A DNA stretch of 10,513 nucleotides from a virus (Duplodnaviria > Heunggongvirae > Uroviricota > Caudoviricetes): IMG/VR virus record IMGVR_UViG_2703718834_000006; one strand, given 5' to 3'. The notes below the pieces were generated by a model. It was not told where the DNA came from. It searched no databases and worked only from the letters and a program-made list of their open reading frames with translations. This document shows positions 5,509-10,513 of the stretch, piece by piece; the stretch's first letter is position 1; each line of letters opens with the position of its first letter. The translations under genes were made by a program, and so were the position numbers.

Positions 5509-7569
5509 ATGACAGACATTACAGCCAATGTTGTAGTAAGCATGCCTTCGCAACTCTTCACTATGGCTCGTTCTTTTAAAGCCGTAGCTAATGGAAAGAT
5601 TTATATCGGAAAAATTGACACTGATCCGGTAAATACTGAAAACCAGATTCAGGTTTATGTGGAGAACGAAGACGGCTCTCACGTTCCTGTTTCGCAACCA
5701 ATCATCATTAACGCTGCTGGTTACCCGGTATATAACGGACAGATTGCCAAATTCGTTACCGTGCAAGGCCATTCTATGGCTGTTTATGATGCATATGGTG
5801 CGCAGCAGTTCTATTTTCCGAATGTGCTGAAGTATGACCCTGATCAGTTCAAAGTTTTACTGACAGGGAACGAAGGTTCGACATATATTGGAGATGGCGC
5901 AGGAACTGTAAGCGATTCGCTAAGAAGCTTGGAACATGAGTTTGAACTAATCCAAAGTTTGGATGAAAGGCCAAATCCACCACCTACAGAAGGATATTCA
6001 GGGTATAAGCGCTGGAACCCGATTCATGAAGATGGTTTTCAACTTGGCAGATATACGTTTAAAACTCCAACGCATGTTGATTTTCAGTTTGTATGCGACC
6101 CAATAAATAGTGACATTGGACCAATATTTTCTATGGGCATGGATGGTATAGATCAGCGATCAGCATTTTTTTCTCAAGACAGCTATGAAATTAGAAATGT
6201 AATGATGGATGGGGGGACGGCAAAGCTTGTTGAATTTGAGCCATGGACATCTCATATGGCAACAGTAGAGAAATGTCGTGTTATCAATCCTGAAGATAGC
6301 AACGAGTGGGTAGTTAATTTTAAAGCACAAAATTGGTGGCCACATATTATAAATAATACATACATGGAATATAACGATCACGCCAATAATTTTGTCAAGG
6401 CAATTGATGATGGTGGTAACACAACAGATAGATATTCAGGAAATAGTAGGCTTTTTATTGCATTTAATAGATGTGCATGGCAGGGTGGTAGCGCTGTCGG
6501 TACTGGCATTATGTCATATACATCTGCTGTCGCAACGAGAATAAAAGACAACTCCGCACAGAATGCAAAAACATGCGTTATTTTTGGATATCCATCAACG
6601 TTTTCTTCAGTTGATGGACTTTATTGCGAGATGGCATTTGGACACCAACAAGTCGTACAAATTGGCGATTCAGAAACGACATCGCAGCAGATACTGACTG
6701 ACATTACTATAAATGATGTTTATGCTAATTTACATGGCATAAACTCAAACAGAATAATTGTTGCTGGGAATGATGATGTGATAATGAACTATTTGGAGGT
6801 TGACAAGATATTTATTTCAAATATTCCAGGGTCAGGTTTTATTCAGCCAATAATATCAATTAACGATTTGCCATATCAAAAGATTGTTGCAGGAAGGATT
6901 ACTGCTGAAAATATGCCGCTTCTTCCGTTAACATCCAACCATGTTTCTGTTATTGATAAATACAACGCAGATATACCAGCTCTGAATGGTGACATTATTT
7001 ATATAGAGAACAGTACAGTAAGTATTCCTCCCAACTCATCAACTGCTGTTGCTCCTGGATGGTTTGTAAGATCAACATCTAATACAGTGTTTACTAGGAG
7101 TGGTGCAGGGACTCCAAACAATGCATTGAGAATGAGTCGTTATATTGCATCTGTTCTTAGTAATGCTGGCGCAACGACATCGATTACATTCGAACATCCA
7201 CGAGCCGACTTGGTGAATGGTGAGGCAGTGACAGTCCAGGCTTTGTTTAACGCTGATGTTGAACTAACATTTTTAGTGCACATATATGTAGCAAATGACA
7301 ATGGAGCAAGAACTACACTACTTTCAAAAACATTAGTAGGTGGAGGCTCGTGGAAGGAAATGACCTTTACGGTTGGAGTTTCAGGGGTTGAAAATACTAA
7401 ATCATGTATAGTTGTAGAGATCGGAGCCACAACACCATACTCTACTAATATTTTTGTCACAGGGCATCGCATGAACAGAGGTCGCTTTGGCCTGTGCGGA
7501 GCGGCTAATACTTTTAGCTACGCTGAAACTGAAAGGATGAAGTCGGATTATGATTATATAACCCCATAG
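5509..7569 (+). CDS. Tailspike protein: P22-type N-terminal head-binding domain fused to a divergent receptor-binding domain
   Basis: 686 aa; GGAG ribosome-binding site 9 nt upstream. Residues 1-116 ([42 protein letters not shown]...[15 protein letters not shown]...[10 protein letters not shown]) are near-identical to the P22 gp9 head-binding domain as recalled. After about nt 5857 the sequence has no resemblance to the P22 endorhamnosidase domain and becomes visibly AT-rich. Confidence 0.9.
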   Translation: MTDITANVVVSMPSQLFTMARSFKAVANGKIYIGKIDTDPVNTENQIQVYVENEDGSHVPVSQPIIINAAGYPVYNGQIAKFVTVQGHSMAVYDAYGAQQFYFPNVLKYDPDQFKVLLTGNEGSTYIGDGAGTVSDSLRSLEHEFELIQSLDERPNPPPTEGYSGYKRWNPIHEDGFQLGRYTFKTPTHVDFQFVCDPINSDIGPIFSMGMDGIDQRSAFFSQDSYEIRNVMMDGGTAKLVEFEPWTSHMATVEKCRVINPEDSNEWVVNFKAQNWWPHIINNTYMEYNDHANNFVKAIDDGGNTTDRYSGNSRLFIAFNRCAWQGGSAVGTGIMSYTSAVATRIKDNSAQNAKTCVIFGYPSTFSSVDGLYCEMAFGHQQVVQIGDSETTSQQILTDITINDVYANLHGINSNRIIVAGNDDVIMNYLEVDKIFISNIPGSGFIQPIISINDLPYQKIVAGRITAENMPLLPLTSNHVSVIDKYNADIPALNGDIIYIENSTVSIPPNSSTAVAPGWFVRSTSNTVFTRSGAGTPNNALRMSRYIASVLSNAGATTSITFEHPRADLVNGEAVTVQALFNADVELTFLVHIYVANDNGARTTLLSKTLVGGGSWKEMTFTVGVSGVENTKSCIVVEIGATTPYSTNIFVTGHRMNRGRFGLCGAANTFSYAETERMKSDYDYITP

Positions 7570-8035
7570 AAACTAACTGAAGAATAAGAACAAAAATGAT
7601 GTGGGAATAGTTAGATTAGATCTTCTTGATTTTTTCGAAAAATCTAATGATGTAATCGCTATTCCTGCACGTAGTTTATGTTATAACTATCTTATTTCTA
7701 TACTAATAGAAACATGTTAAAAACACGACGTAAATATTTTCATCCATCTGGAGACATGTCACTTTAAATGGATGTTTCAGTGATTTTTAAAAGTATCATG
7801 TCAGTGCTGAATGAGCTAGATACCCATGTATTTAATAGCTTTTTATTTGATCGGCAATTTTTATATGATAATCATGGTAATTTTATATATGTCATGATCG
7901 AAGAGTATTTTACTATACTAACAACTAGTGATAATTAGAACAATGCATGGCGATATGCTTTATAATTTGATGAGACATTATCAAATATGGCACTCATTTA
8001 TTATAAATATTTTTGTAAGAACAAGTATAAATTAA

Positions 8036-8054
8036 AGGGGGCAATACCCCCCCA
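8036..8054 (-). terminator. Probable intrinsic terminator for the acyltransferase gene (minus strand)
   Basis: GGGGG-CAATA-CCCCCCC hairpin 12 nt beyond the TAG stop (8065-8067). On the minus strand it is followed by TTTAATTTAT. Confidence 0.4.
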
Positions 8055-8064
8055 GTAAACAACA

Positions 8065-9075
8065 CTAACCTTCAGCTACTATAATTTCTTTTCTCTTTCT
8101 TCTTAAGAACGGCTTTTCGATATAATAATAAGAAACAGTCGCCAGTAATGTAGTTGCAAAAAGACTAAGAGCTATGGATGGGATGAATTTATTAGTTATA
8201 TTATTTATAATGATCTGTTGTACTGGGAATGCGTATATATACAAACCATAAGATATATCAATCCTTCCGTTTATAACCCTGTCTTTAATGGTTAGGCCAA
8301 GAACAATAATTATAACAGACAAACATAGTGGCGCTACAATTTGTATTTCCGGCTTACCAGTCACGGCAATAAGCAACAATAAGGCAGTAATGAACACTTG
8401 CTTTTTATACTTCAACCATGACTCAGTAGTCATTGACAATAAAGCACCAAAAAAGAATGGCATGCCAAATAATGATAATGATTTAAAAGGCACACTAAAA
8501 TATGTGTAATTTTCAGGATAGAAGTTGAAAATTATTGTGGAAAGTATGCATGTAACTAATAATAAAGCAGGCCCGACCCATGTGAACGATATAGAGAGCG
8601 CAAGGCCAATTATTAGATAGCATGAAAATTCTATAGGCAGCGTCCAAAGGCTTCCATTAATAACATGAGGGTAAAAGTAATCAGAAAACACTCCATCCAC
8701 ATAACTCTGCAGGAAAAAAGTATTTCTTATGATATTTAAGTATGGCTGGGAAGAAAATAAATATGCGTAACTATTATTGGAGTTAAATTCTACTGCGACA
8801 AATAAATACATAACAACAGAGCATACAAATAATGCAGGAAATATACGCAGACACCTTTTCCTCATGAACTCGATAAACGAACCAGATGAATTAAAACTTT
8901 TTGGCATTAAGAAACCAGATAAACAAAAGAAAATTGCAACTGCGACCGCACCATAACTATCCCATTGAAGAAAAACAGGCTCATGATCACCAGATAACCT
9001 GAAGTGATGAGAAAATAAAACCATGTAGGCGGCGACATGTCTAATTATATCAAATGAATTATTTCGCTCGCTCAT
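8065..9075 (-). CDS. Integral-membrane acyltransferase family 3 protein (Oac-like; putative O-antigen acetylase for lysogenic conversion)
   Basis: 336 aa with about 10 predicted transmembrane helices. Carries acyltransferase-3 hallmark motifs: SFDIIRHVAAYMVLFSHH (R/H motif), YGAVAVAIFFCLSGFLM, RKRCLRIFPALF and SYGLYIYAFPVQ. Strong GAGGAG ribosome-binding site 5 nt upstream of the ATG at 9075. Very AT-rich. Position between tailspike and int matches oac in phage Sf6. Confidence 0.8.
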   Translation of the reverse strand: MSERNNSFDIIRHVAAYMVLFSHHFRLSGDHEPVFLQWDSYGAVAVAIFFCLSGFLMPKSFNSSGSFIEFMRKRCLRIFPALFVCSVVMYLFVAVEFNSNNSYAYLFSSQPYLNIIRNTFFLQSYVDGVFSDYFYPHVINGSLWTLPIEFSCYLIIGLALSISFTWVGPALLLVTCILSTIIFNFYPENYTYFSVPFKSLSLFGMPFFFGALLSMTTESWLKYKKQVFITALLLLIAVTGKPEIQIVAPLCLSVIIIVLGLTIKDRVINGRIDISYGLYIYAFPVQQIIINNITNKFIPSIALSLFATTLLATVSYYYIEKPFLRRKRKEIIVAEG

Positions 9076-9355
9076 TAAAGCTCCTCATAATGTATAACAC
9101 ATGTTAAGTTATTTAAGTGAAATTGTAATACCGAGGATGCTGTGCATGATTGTCAACACCTAGAATAGACACATAGGTAGCATGTGCAAGGCGCAATTAA
9201 TGACTTCATGACGCAACTCAATAATCAAAAGCATGAAGTCTATCATCCAAGTCTTAATCGATCTATGACTTGCTGTGGTTGATGAGACAAAACTGAGACA
9301 AACAAAGCTTTGCACTGGATTACAAGGCTTAGTGTCATTCGATAGCTAAGGTGGA
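9076..9355. other. Putative attP-containing spacer between the acyltransferase gene and the int 3' end; also carries the acyltransferase promoter
   Basis: 280-bp non-coding spacer directly beyond the int stop, the attP position in lambda, P22 and Sf6. Contains a 9-bp inverted repeat GACTTCATG (9202-9210) / CATGAAGTC (9232-9240) and a third ATGACTT copy (9265-9271). A consensus TTGACA on the minus strand (complement of 9151-9156) is a possible -35 for the acyltransferase gene. No tRNA 3'-end-like sequence was recognisable. Confidence 0.3.
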
Positions 9356-10513
9356 TCACTCAACCTTTTCATCAATCCAGTCCGCCCACCATTGCATCAT
9401 TTCTCTGCGTTTATCGAGATACTGAGCATGGTTGTAAATCCCACGCACAGATCCGCCGTTGGCATGTGCCAGTTGCACTTCAATAGCGTCAGCAGGCCAT
9501 TCGTGCTCGTTCATAATTGTGCTGAATTCATGCCTGAATCCGTGACCGCTTTCCAGACCCTCATAGCCGATTTGTTTGATCACAAGCAATACCGCGTTCT
9601 CGCAGATTGGCTTCTTCTTATCGTTGCGCCCGGCAAAAACAAACTCTGATACTGGTTTAGTGATGGAGCTTAGCGTAGTGAGAAGTTCAACCACCTGGTC
9701 TGACATAGGAACCACATGAATCCTGCGTCCCTTCATCACACTGGCGTCGATAGTGATAATCCTGTTTTCAAAATCGACGTTCTTCCATAGCATGGAACGA
9801 AGCTCTTTCGTTCTTAGGGCAGTGTAGCGTAAAACTTTGGTCGCAATAAGCGATACGATACTTCCTGAAAATGTTGCCAGTGCTTTATTGAATGCTGGGA
9901 TCTGGTCGGCAGGTAAAAACGGGAAGTTTTTCTTGCGGTATCCCTTCATGGCGTCAGCAAGGTCAGGTGCCGGGTTATATTTAGCCCTACCGGTAACAAT
10001 AGCGTAACGGAAAACCTCGCCGCATCTTCTGCGTGCTTTATTGGCTCGCTCCATTGCACCGCGATCTTCAAACCTGCGGATTACTTCCAGCAGTTGCATA
10101 GGCTCAATATCCTGAATTTCAAGGCCGCCGATGATAGGTAAAATGTCGTCATCAAACATTTTTGCAAGTTCAGTTGCATAGCCTACTGACCAGACTTGCT
10201 TCTTGTGCTCGTACCATTCCTTGTAAATCGCACTAAAGGAATTGTTGTTAGACGAAGCCTTTTTCGCTTTTACCGGATCGATGCCAACCGAGATGTCTTT
10301 CCTCGCAGTCCATGCTTTATCCCTTGCCTCCTGCAAAGTCATAAGCGGATATTTTCCTACGGTCAGGATTTTCTCCTTACCGTCAATCTTGTAGCGAAGC
10401 TGCCATACCTTTTTCCCTGACACAGGGACATAAAGGTACAGGCCATTACCATCGAGTAGGCGGTATGGTTTTTCTTTCGGCTTTGCTGCTTCAATCTGCT
10501 TAACGGTGAGCAT
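9356..10513 (-). CDS. int: Tyrosine site-specific integrase (P4/P22-type, with N-terminal arm-binding domain); complete, start codon at the last bases of the window
   Basis: 385 aa. N-terminus MLTVKQIEAAKPKEKPYRLLDGNGLYLYVPVSGKKVWQLRYKIDGKEKILTVGKYPLMTLQEARDKA is the canonical start of P4-like integrases. C-terminus holds the catalytic region (HGFRHEFST...VQLAHANGGSVRGIYNHAQY) with the H-x-x-R and Tyr nucleophile context. Confidence 0.9.
   Translation of the reverse strand: MLTVKQIEAAKPKEKPYRLLDGNGLYLYVPVSGKKVWQLRYKIDGKEKILTVGKYPLMTLQEARDKAWTARKDISVGIDPVKAKKASSNNNSFSAIYKEWYEHKKQVWSVGYATELAKMFDDDILPIIGGLEIQDIEPMQLLEVIRRFEDRGAMERANKARRRCGEVFRYAIVTGRAKYNPAPDLADAMKGYRKKNFPFLPADQIPAFNKALATFSGSIVSLIATKVLRYTALRTKELRSMLWKNVDFENRIITIDASVMKGRRIHVVPMSDQVVELLTTLSSITKPVSEFVFAGRNDKKKPICENAVLLVIKQIGYEGLESGHGFRHEFSTIMNEHEWPADAIEVQLAHANGGSVRGIYNHAQYLDKRREMMQWWADWIDEKVE

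Noticed and set aside
5234-5512. Plus-strand track ORFs 5234-5512 and 5317-5508, antisense to mnt
   Set aside because: They lie entirely antisense to a well-supported Mnt gene and its upstream region, with no ribosome-binding site and no recognisable domains; likely chance ORFs.
5377-5772. Upstream part of the 217-aa minus-strand track ORF (5119-5772)
   Set aside because: Only the C-terminal 85 aa resemble Mnt, and an ATG with a ribosome-binding site sits at 5376. The upstream extension overlaps the tailspike 5' end and has odd Cys/His/Asn-rich composition typical of a spurious reading frame.
6160-7472. Minus-strand track ORFs 6160-6381 and 7140-7472 inside the tailspike gene
   Set aside because: Shadow ORFs within a long coding sequence; no independent support.
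7615-7650. Intrinsic terminator for the tailspike gene at the ATTAGAT...ATCTAAT dyad
   Set aside because: The stem is AT-rich with a roughly 20-nt loop and lacks a clean downstream T-run, so it is too weak to call. Tailspike termination may rely on another signal.
7768-7938. 56-aa ATG ORF (MDVSVIFKSIMSVLNELDTHVFNSFLFDRQFLYDNHGNFIYVMIEEYFTILTTSDN) in the tailspike-acyltransferase gap
   Set aside because: Not called as a feature: the nearest GGAGA is 13 nt upstream, the region is AT-rich so open frames arise easily, and there is no recognisable motif. Kept only as a note under the gap finding.
8288-8509. Plus-strand track ORF 8288-8509 inside the acyltransferase gene
   Set aside because: Antisense to a membrane acyltransferase with conserved motifs; chance ORF.
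9076-9355. tRNA gene or tRNA 3' fragment at the presumed attP
   Set aside because: No GGTTCGA-type T-arm or CCA-end context could be found on either strand by eye. The thrW and argW 3' ends as recalled are not present.
9392-10420. Plus-strand track ORFs 9392-9649 and 10196-10420 inside int
   Set aside because: Antisense to the integrase coding sequence; no support.
1-10513. CRISPR array, insertion sequence or transposon, rRNA
   Set aside because: No regularly spaced direct repeats, no transposase-like ORF, no terminal inverted repeats flanking a segment, and no rRNA-like sequence. The whole window is phage structural, regulatory and integration genes.

Overview
This window reads as the right end of a P22-like temperate phage genome (Enterobacteriaceae; Salmonella/E. 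coli/Shigella type). Gene order is: ejection-protein gene (1-1875, +), SieA-like membrane protein (1898-2392, -), an immI-like antirepressor module (2453-5376), tailspike (5509-7569, +), an Oac-like family-3 acyltransferase (8065-9075, -), a putative attP region (9076-9355) and a complete tyrosine integrase (9356-10513, -). The most unusual part is the immI-like module. Where P22 has mnt divergent from arc-ant, this locus has a lambda-CI-like repressor whose S24 domain looks catalytically dead (nucleophile Ser replaced by Ala, no Ala-Gly cleavage site). An Mnt homologue is still present but sits at the far end of the operon in convergent orientation, after two extra genes (a KilAC-like protein and a 73-aa protein). 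An Arc-like gene of 57 aa (3194-3367) is missing from the supplied ORF track, and the arc-ant spacer has the signals expected for a sar-like antisense RNA. The tailspike is chimeric: a P22-type head-binding domain joined to an unrelated AT-rich receptor-binding domain. All calls rest on reading the translations and motifs by eye; no database search or computed statistic was available, and GC content is judged visually.
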